Of a stretch of 64,000 nucleotides of DNA, positions 29,998-39,755 are shown in pieces. Every line of letters starts with the position of its first letter. The stretch's first letter is position 1. The stretch covers positions 34,722 to 98,721 of IMG/VR virus record IMGVR_UViG_3300031726_000433; one strand, given 5' to 3'. The notes beneath the pieces were generated by a model. That model saw only the letters and a list, made by a program, of their open reading frames with translations, ran no database searches and was not told where the DNA came from. A program made the translations under genes and the position numbers. Origin of the DNA: a virus.

Positions 29998-31683
29998 ATG
30001 AACAAATCAATTCTGCGCAATGAAATCATCATGTGCGGAAAGGATCCTTGTTACTTCATACGAAAGTATGTTAAGATCAAGCATCCTGTAAGGGGGCTCA
30101 TACCCTTTACAATGTTTGACTATCAAGAAGAACTAGTTCAAGACTACGTTAAGCACCGTTTTAACGTAGTCTTAAAAGCAAGACAACTTGGTATATCTGA
30201 AGTCACTGCTGCATATGCAACGTGGCTGATGTTATTCCACAGAGAAAAGAATATCATTGTAATGGCGTCCAAGGCAGATACTGCCAAGAACATTATTCGT
30301 AAGGTTGCCACAGCTCTAAAGAAACTTCCGAAGTGGTTGATGTTGGCAGATGTTACAACCGATAATAAGTTGTCAATAGAACTAAGTAACGGATCAAGAA
30401 TAGCTGCGATTGCAACGTCAGAAGATGCAGGACGTTCAGAAGCTGTTTCATTTCTTATCATCGACGAAGCTGCATTCGTCCAAAGATTCGATGAGTTGTG
30501 GACAGGACTTTATCCTACAGTTGCTGCTGGTGGTAGAGCTGTCGTGTTGTCTACTCCAAATGGCGTAGGAAACAAATTCCATCAGATTTATTCAGAGGCA
30601 GAAGAGGGTACCAACGACTTTAAGCCTCATGTGTTTATGTGGTGGAGGCATCCTGAAAGAATCTCTGACTTAAGAGACGATCCAGATAGAAAGGGTTTCA
30701 AGACATCGACGTGGCTTGTTAATGAAATCAAAGCAGCAAACATGTCTCCAAGAGACGTCGCTCAGGAACTTGAATGCAACTTTAATGCGTCTGGTGATAC
30801 TGTCATAACGACAGAAGCAATGAATTGGTTGAGAGATGGAACGATGCAGCCAGCAGAGAGAGCTCACTGGGATAGGAATCTTTTTCGTTGGTTTCAAGCT
30901 CACGGAAAGGCAAGATACGTAATATCGGCAGACGTTGCCAGAGGCGATGGAAGAGACCACTCTGCTGCACACGTATGGGATGCTCAATCAATGTCTCAGT
31001 GCGCAGAGTATTATGGAAAGGTTCCAGTCGAAGAGTTTGCTAAAATCCTATGTGATCTTGGACATGAATACAATAATGCGTTGCTTGTTGTTGAAAATAC
31101 GTCTATAGGTTTGGCTTGTATCGAACATATAAAACTTCTCAACTATGAGAATGTGTACTTCTCTAGAAGAGGAGATCAGAGACCAGGTGAAGCTGTTAAT
31201 ATGTATTGGGGACCAAACACTGAAGATCTTGTTCCTGGGTTCACAACTTCTCAAAAGAATAGATCGTTGATGATAGCAAAGCTAGAAGAGTATATAAGAA
31301 ATAAAATCATCACGATAAGATCTGAAAGATTCACGGAAGAATTAAGAACATTCATCTGGAATAACGGTAGACCTGAAGCTATGAAAGGTTATAACGACGA
31401 CCTTATAATGGCTGCCGCCATTGGTGTCTGGATTAGAGATACGTATCTATCACCGTCCTTTGCTTCTTCAGACATACAAGGCAAATTGCTTGGTGGAATA
31501 GAGATGGATAGGACATACAATAGTCAAATAAAAGGTGCCTCGAAGGATCCTCGTGCTTCTGCAAGCAATTCTCCAGCGCAGAGGGGTAATTATAAGGGTA
31601 GTATTGGAGCGAGAGTAAGACTACCAAATGGCATAACTGAAGATTTTAGTTGGTTGGTAGATGGTATCATAAGTAAGGGGTAA
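29998..31683 (+). CDS. terL: Terminase large subunit (T4 gp17-like)
   Basis: DPCYFIRKYVKI, Q motif (DYQE), KARQLGIS Walker A, LIIDEAAF Walker B, STPNG coupling motif, ADVARG and DDLIMA nuclease residues. Confidence 0.96.
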   Translation: MNKSILRNEIIMCGKDPCYFIRKYVKIKHPVRGLIPFTMFDYQEELVQDYVKHRFNVVLKARQLGISEVTAAYATWLMLFHREKNIIVMASKADTAKNIIRKVATALKKLPKWLMLADVTTDNKLSIELSNGSRIAAIATSEDAGRSEAVSFLIIDEAAFVQRFDELWTGLYPTVAAGGRAVVLSTPNGVGNKFHQIYSEAEEGTNDFKPHVFMWWRHPERISDLRDDPDRKGFKTSTWLVNEIKAANMSPRDVAQELECNFNASGDTVITTEAMNWLRDGTMQPAERAHWDRNLFRWFQAHGKARYVISADVARGDGRDHSAAHVWDAQSMSQCAEYYGKVPVEEFAKILCDLGHEYNNALLVVENTSIGLACIEHIKLLNYENVYFSRRGDQRPGEAVNMYWGPNTEDLVPGFTTSQKNRSLMIAKLEEYIRNKIITIRSERFTEELRTFIWNNGRPEAMKGYNDDLIMAAAIGVWIRDTYLSPSFASSDIQGKLLGGIEMDRTYNSQIKGASKDPRASASNSPAQRGNYKGSIGARVRLPNGITEDFSWLVDGIISKG

Positions 31684-31685
31684 AA

Positions 31686-32291
31686 ATGTTTGTATATGGA
31701 TTGATTGACCCATTTTCAAAACAACTTCGTTACGTTGGTAAAACGGAAGTTGGAGCTTCAAGGCCTAAGGCTCACTGGACAAGTCACAAAAATAGAAATG
31801 ACCGCTGTCATACGTGGGTACGATCTATTCTAAATAAAGAATCAATTCCGGAAGTAGAAATTTTGCAAAGTTGTAATAATAGAAATGAATTAAATGACGC
31901 TGAAATGTTTTGGATTGGATATCTAAAGATGACAGGGTGCAGATTAACAAATATGACTCCTGGTGGAGATGGTGTCGCGAAAGGGAATACACCCTGGAAC
32001 AAAGGAGCGACGTACTCAAGTCCAGCTATTTCAAAAGCAAAAAGAGGAGTCAAAACACGCCCATGCTCAGACGAAGTAAAAAGAAAAATATCTGAGAGTC
32101 TCAAAGGTAGAACACACTCTGCTGAGAGAGTAGAAAAGATCGCTGCAGCTCACAGAGGAAAGAAGCAAAGCAAAGAGCAAGTTGAAAAATTTACAAAGTC
32201 AATCAGGTCCTACTGGGATAGCTCTGAATCAGCCGAACATCGTCAAATCTTATCTGACAATATGAAAAAGATGAGAGTGACAAAGGGATAA
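31686..32291 (+). CDS. GIY-YIG homing endonuclease with NUMOD3-like DNA-binding repeats
   Basis: VYGLIDP...RYVGKT, E..WI, LTNMTPGGDG; PWNKG; KRKISESLKGRTHS repeats. Confidence 0.85.
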   Translation: MFVYGLIDPFSKQLRYVGKTEVGASRPKAHWTSHKNRNDRCHTWVRSILNKESIPEVEILQSCNNRNELNDAEMFWIGYLKMTGCRLTNMTPGGDGVAKGNTPWNKGATYSSPAISKAKRGVKTRPCSDEVKRKISESLKGRTHSAERVEKIAAAHRGKKQSKEQVEKFTKSIRSYWDSSESAEHRQILSDNMKKMRVTKG

Positions 32292-32294
32292 AGC

Positions 32295-34160
32295 ATGCCA
32301 GATCTAATTCAAAACAAAGAAAGCGTTTGGAAGAGACTTACAAGACTTTTTAGAAGTGGTCCTGTAGTTCGTCACAAGATTGCGTCTGGTGAAAAGTTTG
32401 CTGAACCCGAAGGAACAGCACAGGCATACAAGAGAGAACTATCACATCTTTATGTTCACTCATTAGCTTCATATGGACAGTATGAAAGAATGTCAAGATA
32501 TGCAGACTATAGTGAGATGGAATTCACACCAGAAATCGCATCAGCTCTTGACATTTATTCAGATGAAACAACGACATACAATGAAAAGGGTGGAATTCTA
32601 GAAGTTAATAGCAAGAATGCTGAGATAAAGCAAGTTCTTGAAACGTTGTTTTATGACGTTTTAAATATCGAATTTAATATCTGGAGCTGGACGCGTAACC
32701 TCTGCAAGTACGGTGACTTCCTTTTGTTCGTTGATGCAAATGAGACGAACGGAATTCTTAACCTTCTACCAATTCCAATCAACGAAATTGAAAGAGAAGA
32801 GGGATATGATAAACAGGATCCATTTGCCGTTCGTTTCCGCTGGCTAACTCAGGGAAACTCGATTCTTGAAAATTGGCAAATCGTCCATTTTAGACTTCTT
32901 GGAAATGATAGCTTCCTTCCATATGGTCAAAGCATCATAGAACCAGCTCGACGCATCTGGAGACAGTTGATTCTCATTGAGGATGCCATGTTGGTTTACC
33001 GCATTGTTCGTTCTCCTGAACGTAGAGTGTTCTACATTGACGTTGGAAACGTTGCTCCTGATCAAATTGACACATTCATGGAGCAGATCAAGACTAGACT
33101 GCGTAGAAATCAGATCATTGATCCTACAACTGGAAGAGTCGATCTTCGCTACAATCCTTTGTCTGTTGATGAAGACTACTTCATTCCTATTCGTGGAGAG
33201 AAGAGTTCAAAGATTGAAAATCTTCCAGGTGGACAGTTTACTGGAGATATCGAAGACGTTCAATACATTCAGAACAAGTTGTTCGCAGCACTCAAGGTTC
33301 CCAAGGCGTATCTTGGATATGAGTCTGATTTGGGTTCAAAGGCAACTCTTGCTCAGCAGGACGTAAGATTTGCAAGAACAATCGAAAGAATTCAGAAGAT
33401 ACTTGTTGCCGAATTGAATAAGATTGCAATCATTCACCTATTCCTTCTAGGTTACAACGGAACTGATTTAGCAGACTTCGAACTTAAGTTAGCAACATCT
33501 TCAACTGTTCATGAGCAGCAGAAATTGGAGTTGTGGAGAATGAGATTCGAAATCGCTTCAGCTGCAACCGAAGGCGTTCTCGATCGTGAATCAATATACA
33601 AGAAGATCTTTAGTCTATCTGATGAAGAGATTGAAAAGGTTCGTGAAGGAAAGAAGCTTGATAAACTAGAAGATCTTGTACTTGAACAAATGCAAGCACC
33701 TCCTCAGCCAGGAGAAGCAGAAGCTCCAGCTGCAGAACCAGTCTCTGGAGAAGAGAATCTTCCAGATACTCTAGGCGGCGAAGCTCAAGCGGAGACTCCG
33801 CCAGCTGAAACGCCTCCTGAAACGACTCCAGAATCAGTTATCCATGAAGAAGAGGAAATGGAATTAGAAAAGAAGAACATGGGAAGTACAGGAAACGACG
33901 CGTCAAGGGGTGACGGAAAAGGAAAGGATCTTTTCTCTACTGGAGAAGATCTACACCAGATGGTTTTCGGAACGAAGAAGCAGACAGGATCTGACCCTAA
34001 TGATTTTAGATCGTTGCGAAGATTGGTGACACGTCCGTTCTCAGAAGTTAAAACAAAAGAAGAAAAAGCACTAAATGAACAACTTGAAAGAGATTCCAAG
34101 AGAATAAATGAAATAGATAAAGATCTTAAATCTTTACTTAGAACGCTTAAGAAACGCTAA
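32295..34160 (+). CDS. gp20: Portal protein (T4 gp20-like)
   Basis: PEIASALDIYSDE, EDAMLVYRIVRSPERRVFYIDVGN, EDYFIP, LPGG, KLFAALKVP, DVRFARTIERIQ. Confidence 0.96.
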   Translation: MPDLIQNKESVWKRLTRLFRSGPVVRHKIASGEKFAEPEGTAQAYKRELSHLYVHSLASYGQYERMSRYADYSEMEFTPEIASALDIYSDETTTYNEKGGILEVNSKNAEIKQVLETLFYDVLNIEFNIWSWTRNLCKYGDFLLFVDANETNGILNLLPIPINEIEREEGYDKQDPFAVRFRWLTQGNSILENWQIVHFRLLGNDSFLPYGQSIIEPARRIWRQLILIEDAMLVYRIVRSPERRVFYIDVGNVAPDQIDTFMEQIKTRLRRNQIIDPTTGRVDLRYNPLSVDEDYFIPIRGEKSSKIENLPGGQFTGDIEDVQYIQNKLFAALKVPKAYLGYESDLGSKATLAQQDVRFARTIERIQKILVAELNKIAIIHLFLLGYNGTDLADFELKLATSSTVHEQQKLELWRMRFEIASAATEGVLDRESIYKKIFSLSDEEIEKVREGKKLDKLEDLVLEQMQAPPQPGEAEAPAAEPVSGEENLPDTLGGEAQAETPPAETPPETTPESVIHEEEEMELEKKNMGSTGNDASRGDGKGKDLFSTGEDLHQMVFGTKKQTGSDPNDFRSLRRLVTRPFSEVKTKEEKALNEQLERDSKRINEIDKDLKSLLRTLKKR

Positions 34161-34187
34161 GATCTTAGCCGGAACGTCTTTCAACGG

Positions 34188-34197
34188 CTATTTACGG
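34188..34197 (+). promoter_or_regulatory. Putative late promoter (TANTTA motif)
   Basis: CTATTTACGG in the gap after portal. Confidence 0.5.
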
Positions 34198-34224
34198 TAA
34201 GACAAAGACTGGAGCCATTATAAA

Positions 34225-35088
34225 ATGTCTTCTACATTTCGACACAACAAAAAGCGTAACACTGGGCTTGTCTACGAGCAGCTTGTGAGACGCATGGCTT
34301 TAAGCATGGTTGACCGTGATCCGGAGAACTATCTTAAGGCTCTATCAATCGTCAAGAAGTATTACTCTCCTGGCCAACCGCTAGCTAAAGAACGTGAGAT
34401 CTTTGAAGTCATTTCGAAGAGTCATGGATTATCTGAACAAGTCGCTAGAAAGGTTCTTAGTGAGATTGTCAAATATGCGTCGTCAATAGACGAAGCAAAG
34501 ATTGATATTAAGAAGAGCAATCTGATCAAGGACATACACCACACTTTCGGGCAGGACTTTTTCAACGTTCACAGAGTTTCTGAGTATAGATTGTTAGCCT
34601 CCGTACAACTCCTCATCGAACAAAGTAGAAATAAGAAACAGAATATTTCAGAAGGCGTCCAGAAAATTCAACTTGAAGAGTCGCTCATCAAGTACATGAC
34701 TGTCCCTCTACAGGAGAATTCCTCAAAGAATAGAGGAGAGAAGGTTGATGGTCTTGTTGCAGCTCTAGCAATGAAGAAATTCGAACAGAGATACTCTGGA
34801 TCACTTAATGAAAGTCAAAAGAAAACAATTCGTAGATTTATGAATTATTCAATGACTGGCAACAAAGATCAATTTAAACGTGAGATGGAAGAGGAAAGAA
34901 AAGGACTTCTAGAGAAGCTCGAGGCTTCAAGAGGGATGAAGTGCTTTAAGGATGATAATGTCATGGGGCAGAGGTTGAATGAAGCTCTCGACTCATTGAG
35001 AGCCCTTTCTGACGTATCCTCTGAGAAGGCCGTGCAGGAACTTCTCCTATTCCATAAACTTACTGCGGAGATTGACAGTGAAGAATGA
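34225..35088 (+). CDS. Putative head-assembly protein following portal
   Basis: Starts FRHNKKRNTGLVYEQLVR; helical; GGAG SD and an upstream TANTTA motif. Confidence 0.55.
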   Translation: MSSTFRHNKKRNTGLVYEQLVRRMALSMVDRDPENYLKALSIVKKYYSPGQPLAKEREIFEVISKSHGLSEQVARKVLSEIVKYASSIDEAKIDIKKSNLIKDIHHTFGQDFFNVHRVSEYRLLASVQLLIEQSRNKKQNISEGVQKIQLEESLIKYMTVPLQENSSKNRGEKVDGLVAALAMKKFEQRYSGSLNESQKKTIRRFMNYSMTGNKDQFKREMEEERKGLLEKLEASRGMKCFKDDNVMGQRLNEALDSLRALSDVSSEKAVQELLLFHKLTAEIDSEE

Positions 35089-36610
35089 AATGAACGCAGG
35101 TGGAGTTGCTGGTTTTCAAGTTCCAACCGGCATCAAAAAGCGCAAGACAAAAGTAGATGAACTTCTAGCTAAACACAAAGATTTAGATGAAGGCATGGCT
35201 CTTTCTTACTTTTCTTCATTGTCTGAAGAACAAGGCGAAGAAATAGGAGTACAACTTGATGGGATGCCAGATGAAGTCGCTCAGTTAATGCGTATGTTCA
35301 TGGCAAGAGAGCTAATCAAACACAAAGTAAAGGAAGTAGTTAGAAAGAAGGCTGGTGGCGGTGGCTACAATCTTTATGCTCCAAATCCTGGGAAGAAAGG
35401 AACTTCTAAGTCTGTTGGATCTTTCCCAACAAAATTGGGAGCCAAGAGAGCTGAACTTGCGAGGTTCCCTCCAAAAGAGCCAGGAAAGCTACAACGTCTA
35501 AGAAAGGAAGTAGACAAACTACAGAAGGATCCAAAGAAAGCAGCAGAGAAGGAGAAAGCTGCATCTAAGAAAAAAGGAACAGACAAGGGTCATAAGAAGG
35601 AGAGCGTCGTATTCGAAGCAACTCCATTCCAGACATCTGCATCTCCGATGGCCTCTACGTCTTCGTCTACACAAGCGAAGACTAGTAATGATGCTAAGAG
35701 TTTCATGACAGGGTTGAAGAGTCTACAAAAGGGTACAGATCAATATAACAATTATGTAAATGATCATGCGAAGTTATTAAGTCCAGCGGCGCAAGATAAC
35801 CCGTTCAGAAGAGATGTACAAAAACTTGATAAAACTCTTGCCGCGTCAGGAAAACCAACACTAACATCCATGCTAACAAAAATGGGTGATACGAAGTCAA
35901 ATGCTGGTTTTAAACCTGGACAGACAAAGACAACCGTTGGAACTCAATCTGCTCTGAGCAACATGCCAAGGGAAAATATCGAACGCAGAATTGAATTCAT
36001 GCATCGTACTGTATTATCAAAGATCATAACGAGAGATCTTACAGAATCTCTATTCCGTGAAGAAAGAACTGAAAGCGAATGGGATGATTATATCTCAAAG
36101 CTTTCAAAGAATGCATTGGCTGGTGATTCAAAGTTTCAAAGCCTTCAAAAGAATATCTCAAAGAAGACTGAGGGTATTCTTGATGATGCGTTCAATACAA
36201 TAAGAAAGGCCGTGGGAAAGGGTATCAAACTAAAGAGCTTCGGTGTGAAGCATGATGCCGACTCTGGCAAGACGTATCTAGCTTTCAGCGCATCGTTTAA
36301 TGATGTCACAGCGGAGCCAATTTACATTCATGTAGATGGCGGAGTACCAAAGATTCACCTTTCACAGAATGCAAAGGTATCTCTTACCAAGACTGACCCT
36401 GGCCAAGCCAAGTTATTCAGAGCAGAGCTTGTAACTGTTCAGGAAAGAGTTCTTGACAATATGGATGATCTTTCAAGAGCTATCGGTGCAAGAGATAAGT
36501 ATCTAACAAAACTTGAGAATGAAGTCGACTCTCACGTTGCAAGCATGTCGCCCTTACAGATTTCATTGTTGAAGCAATTGCTTGTTAAAAAATACAGGAA
36601 GGTAAGCTAA
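35078..36610 (+). CDS. Putative internal head protein
   Basis: Lys/Glu-rich; several (L/I/V)xE putative prohead-protease sites; between portal and protease. Confidence 0.45.
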   Translation: MKNEMNAGGVAGFQVPTGIKKRKTKVDELLAKHKDLDEGMALSYFSSLSEEQGEEIGVQLDGMPDEVAQLMRMFMARELIKHKVKEVVRKKAGGGGYNLYAPNPGKKGTSKSVGSFPTKLGAKRAELARFPPKEPGKLQRLRKEVDKLQKDPKKAAEKEKAASKKKGTDKGHKKESVVFEATPFQTSASPMASTSSSTQAKTSNDAKSFMTGLKSLQKGTDQYNNYVNDHAKLLSPAAQDNPFRRDVQKLDKTLAASGKPTLTSMLTKMGDTKSNAGFKPGQTKTTVGTQSALSNMPRENIERRIEFMHRTVLSKIITRDLTESLFREERTESEWDDYISKLSKNALAGDSKFQSLQKNISKKTEGILDDAFNTIRKAVGKGIKLKSFGVKHDADSGKTYLAFSASFNDVTAEPIYIHVDGGVPKIHLSQNAKVSLTKTDPGQAKLFRAELVTVQERVLDNMDDLSRAIGARDKYLTKLENEVDSHVASMSPLQISLLKQLLVKKYRKVS

Positions 36611-36927
36611 TGAATCCATGGAAACTTGCAGAAGCTAAAATTGAAGAAGGCGATGTCGTCGACTTTCAAAAAGCAAAGTCAAAGAAGTCACAAACACCTC
36701 CTGCACCTCCAACAGGTGGCACGTCAAGTGGAAGCTGCGCTACGGCAGTTAAACAGTTGATGGGCGGCAGAGCAGGTGGGCTTGTCGATAAGAACATGCT
36801 TCAATCATTAAAGCAACTCGCCACAGGGCTTGACAGTCTTGCAGGTGCATCTGACAATGGTAAAATGCTGCAAAAGTCATGGTCTGCATTCATAGGTGAA
36901 CTCGCCGAGGCCGTCAATTCACAATGA
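36610..36927 (+). CDS. Small putative head protein
   Basis: Overlapping stop/start with both neighbours; MNPWKLAE leader. Confidence 0.5.
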   Translation: MNPWKLAEAKIEEGDVVDFQKAKSKKSQTPPAPPTGGTSSGSCATAVKQLMGGRAGGLVDKNMLQSLKQLATGLDSLAGASDNGKMLQKSWSAFIGELAEAVNSQ

Positions 36928-37094
36928 GTGCCTGGGATATTCTTCAGAAAAAGATTGATGAAGCTTTCATAAGAGATCTTGTTAAGAGATATATCAAGGA
37001 ACAAGAAATAAAAGAGTCTCCAGTTGGTGGTGGAGCAGCTGAAGACGGAGAAGGTGGAGCTCCTGTTGAAACTGAAGTAGAGGAAACATACTAA
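36924..37094 (+). CDS. 56-aa acidic protein missing from the ORF track (MSAWDILQKKIDEAF...VEETY)
   Basis: ATGA overlap with the upstream gene and TAATG overlap with the protease gene; fills the gap exactly. Confidence 0.65.
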   Translation: MSAWDILQKKIDEAFIRDLVKRYIKEQEIKESPVGGGAAEDGEGGAPVETEVEETY

Positions 37095-37690
37095 TGGAAA
37101 AGAAACAGATCCTTAGAGAATGGCTGCAACTTGACTACAAGCCTGAAGTCATTAAGGAGTCTCGTGAGAAGAATGGTGGAAAGATTATTCTCAAGGGAAT
37201 CATCCAGAAAGCTGATACCAAGAATCAGAATAAGAGAATTTATCCAAGAGATATTCTTGATCGTGAGATTGAGAATTACCAGAAGGCTGTTCGTGAGAAT
37301 AGAGCCGTTGGTGAACTTGATCATCCAGAAACATCCTCTGTTTCGCTTAAGAATGTTTCTCATATTATTAGAGAAATGTGGTGGGATGGCAGTGATGTCT
37401 GTGGAAAGGTTGAAGTTCTTCCAACCCCACAAGGAAAGATCCTTGAGCAGCTTCTCGAAAGTGGAGTTATGATTGGTATTTCAAGTCGTGGCGTTGGCTC
37501 TACCGAACAGACAAACGAAGGAACAAATGTTGTTCAACAGGACTTCCAGATCATTTGCTTCGACATTGTTTCGGAACCATCTACTCCGGGAGCATATCTA
37601 TTTGGAGAAAGCAAGAAGATTGAAACAGATGTAAGATTCGAAAAGGCAGATAGGATCTACAGAGCTCTAAATGATATCGTGAGGAAGTAA
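37094..37690 (+). CDS. gp21: Prohead protease (T4 gp21-like)
   Basis: NQNKRIYP, AVGELDHP (His), VSH, LPTPQGKI, GISSRGVGS (Ser), FDIVSEPSTPGAY. Confidence 0.95.
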   Translation: MEKKQILREWLQLDYKPEVIKESREKNGGKIILKGIIQKADTKNQNKRIYPRDILDREIENYQKAVRENRAVGELDHPETSSVSLKNVSHIIREMWWDGSDVCGKVEVLPTPQGKILEQLLESGVMIGISSRGVGSTEQTNEGTNVVQQDFQIICFDIVSEPSTPGAYLFGESKKIETDVRFEKADRIYRALNDIVRK

Positions 37691-37734
37691 AGTGAAGACT
37701 CTTAAAGAAATCTTTGTTCTAAGGGTAGGTTAAA

Positions 37735-38289
37735 ATGAAAGTCAAAGCAAACGATCTTTTTGAAGTTGTTCGTCAAGTTGTTAGAGACGAGCTTAAAAAA
37801 GCTTTACCCGAAATGATTCAGAGACATTTGACAGAAGGTTATCTGAAGAAGATGGTTGCAGAAACTGTCAAGACAAATAAGAAAAACGTTTCAGAGCTTC
37901 TGACAGTTGTTGATAATACAGATGAAGAAGCAATTCCAGAACCGCAGCAAAATTCAGATAAGGGAATTTACAACAATAGCGACGACATGTTAAAGAAGGA
38001 AAGCGTAGCTTCTAGAATTATGTCAAAGAAAAAGAATCCTCTTCTATCAAGTGAAAATCCACTTTCATTTGTATATGAGAATGTAAAGATTCCCGGTGAA
38101 GATGAAGTGGCACCATCTGTACCACTTGATAATATCATGCCAGATTTTTCAAAGATGAATTCAATATTGGAAGCAACAGGAACAACAAGTAGAAAGCCAA
38201 TGCAACAATCTCCCGAAGCAAAGATGAGAGAGTTAGAACAACGTAGAAAGGCTTTAGACGTTCCAATCCAAGGAAATATTTATAAATGA
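37735..38289 (+). CDS. Putative head/prohead-core protein
   Basis: Acidic, helical N-terminus with LxE sites; head-gene context. Confidence 0.45.
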   Translation: MKVKANDLFEVVRQVVRDELKKALPEMIQRHLTEGYLKKMVAETVKTNKKNVSELLTVVDNTDEEAIPEPQQNSDKGIYNNSDDMLKKESVASRIMSKKKNPLLSSENPLSFVYENVKIPGEDEVAPSVPLDNIMPDFSKMNSILEATGTTSRKPMQQSPEAKMRELEQRRKALDVPIQGNIYK

Positions 38290-39005
38290 AAGTAAGTCGT
38301 CTACTTGAAATACTTCTTGAGTTTGACCGTCTCGGATTCGGCGGACACCCAGATGACTCTGGAATCAGAGGTAAAGGCGCAAACCGTAAGCCAGATCGTA
38401 GACTTCAAAATTTTCCATACGACAGAGATATATTTTACGGTCAACCAACTGCATATGATCGAGGATCAAGTGCGACTGGCCCTTTGAGTAAACCACTGAC
38501 GCCAAAAGATGATCTTCACTATTCTCTTAAACTTCTTGGAATAGAATTACCAGATGAAGTTGAAGAAGCAATGGGAACTCCAACAAACTTTGGAATAAGT
38601 GGTAAGAGTAATATGGGAAGCACAGTCCCTGGAGTTGGATCTGGATGGGCCACAAACCCTCCACGAAGCTGGGATAAGAGTGACATTGATGATGAGATGG
38701 ACGAAGGTCCCTTGAATATCGACACCAGTCCTCCCGAGACTGAAGAGATTCCATCAATGCAAGCTCCAGATTTTAGATTTCAGACAGATGATGATCTAGA
38801 AACTAGACTTAATAGAATCTGGGGAAAGGATAGCAACATGAATTTTGTTAATCCTAAAGATTTTGCAAACCCTGATTTTCATTTGATTAATAAGGATCCG
38901 CTTGGTCAAATCATGGCGCATTTGACAAACAGGGGAACTTTTGGACTTATGCCAAAAGAATCTGCATGGGATAGAGTTACTGGGCAGTCAAGAAATAAAA
39001 GATAA
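38286..39005 (+). CDS. Putative internal head protein
   Basis: MKVSRLLEILLE leader; low-complexity Pro/Asp/Gly-rich body. Confidence 0.45.
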   Translation: MKVSRLLEILLEFDRLGFGGHPDDSGIRGKGANRKPDRRLQNFPYDRDIFYGQPTAYDRGSSATGPLSKPLTPKDDLHYSLKLLGIELPDEVEEAMGTPTNFGISGKSNMGSTVPGVGSGWATNPPRSWDKSDIDDEMDEGPLNIDTSPPETEEIPSMQAPDFRFQTDDDLETRLNRIWGKDSNMNFVNPKDFANPDFHLINKDPLGQIMAHLTNRGTFGLMPKESAWDRVTGQSRNKR

Positions 39006-39031
39006 AATTCTAACAAAGATTGTCTGTAATT

Positions 39032-39040
39032 CTATTTAAC
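39032..39040 (+). promoter_or_regulatory. Putative late promoter (TANTTA motif) upstream of the 39055-bS21 pair
   Basis: CTATTTAAC in a short intergenic gap. Confidence 0.5.
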
Positions 39041-39054
39041 GAAGAGGCAACGAG

Positions 39055-39462
39055 ATGAAAACATCACTTTATGAAATCAAGAAGCTAGTTTCAGAGGTTC
39101 TACTTTCTGAGGCGAAGAAGAAGAAAGAGAAGGCTGAGAAGCTTAAGTATGCCGCTAAGCCAGGTGCTTATAGCTACGATGAGTCATTTGATTTCTCTGC
39201 TGCTCTTGGTGCATACAATCTTTATAGAAGTCAAGGTGCTACAAACTGGGGCCCAATGACTGGTCCTGGAACAAAGATTGACGATCGCATTCTTGGACAG
39301 AGAGCTTCTTCAGAAGCTGCTCTTAGAGGTGTAGTAAAGGAAGCTATCAGAGAACAAGTAAAGGGAAATCCATCTCCCTGGGTGAAGGCAAATCAAATGG
39401 TTGAGCAGAAGCTATCAGAAAATGTCTGGGAAGCGGCTCTTCAAGTATTGGGGAAAAAGTGA
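39055..39462 (+). CDS. Putative internal head protein
   Basis: MKTSLYEIKKLVSEVLLSEA leader; upstream TANTTA motif. Confidence 0.45.
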   Translation: MKTSLYEIKKLVSEVLLSEAKKKKEKAEKLKYAAKPGAYSYDESFDFSAALGAYNLYRSQGATNWGPMTGPGTKIDDRILGQRASSEAALRGVVKEAIREQVKGNPSPWVKANQMVEQKLSENVWEAALQVLGKK

Positions 39463-39686
39463 CAAAGAATTCTAAACGAGATTCATTGACTGTATCATTC
39501 GCTAAAGGCGAAGATCCGGAGCAGCTAATAAGAAGATTCACGAAGAAGGTAAGGAATAGTGGTCTTGTTCAAGATCTTCTTCAACGTAGATTTTATGAAA
39601 AGCCTTCAATAAAAAGAAAGAAGAAACATATCAGGGCCATTCATTCTCTAAGAAGTGAAGATCTAGAGAGCGAAAAAGAAGATTGA
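39459..39686 (+). CDS. rpsU: Phage-encoded 30S ribosomal protein bS21
   Basis: GEDPEQLIRRFTKKVRNSGLVQDLLQRRFYEKPSIKRKKK matches the bS21 pattern (E..E..LRRFKK...G.....R..YEKPS..R). Confidence 0.88.
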   Translation: MTKNSKRDSLTVSFAKGEDPEQLIRRFTKKVRNSGLVQDLLQRRFYEKPSIKRKKKHIRAIHSLRSEDLESEKED

Positions 39687-39720
39687 AAAAAAATTTTCCG
39701 GCAGAAAATTTATTGGCCAT

Positions 39721-39731
39721 TTACTTAGAAG
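39721..39731 (+). promoter_or_regulatory. Putative late promoter (TANTTA motif) for scaffold-capsid
   Basis: TTACTTAGAAG upstream of the AGGAG SD. Confidence 0.55.
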
Positions 39732-39755
39732 TTAGAATCATTCAGGAGAATTAGA

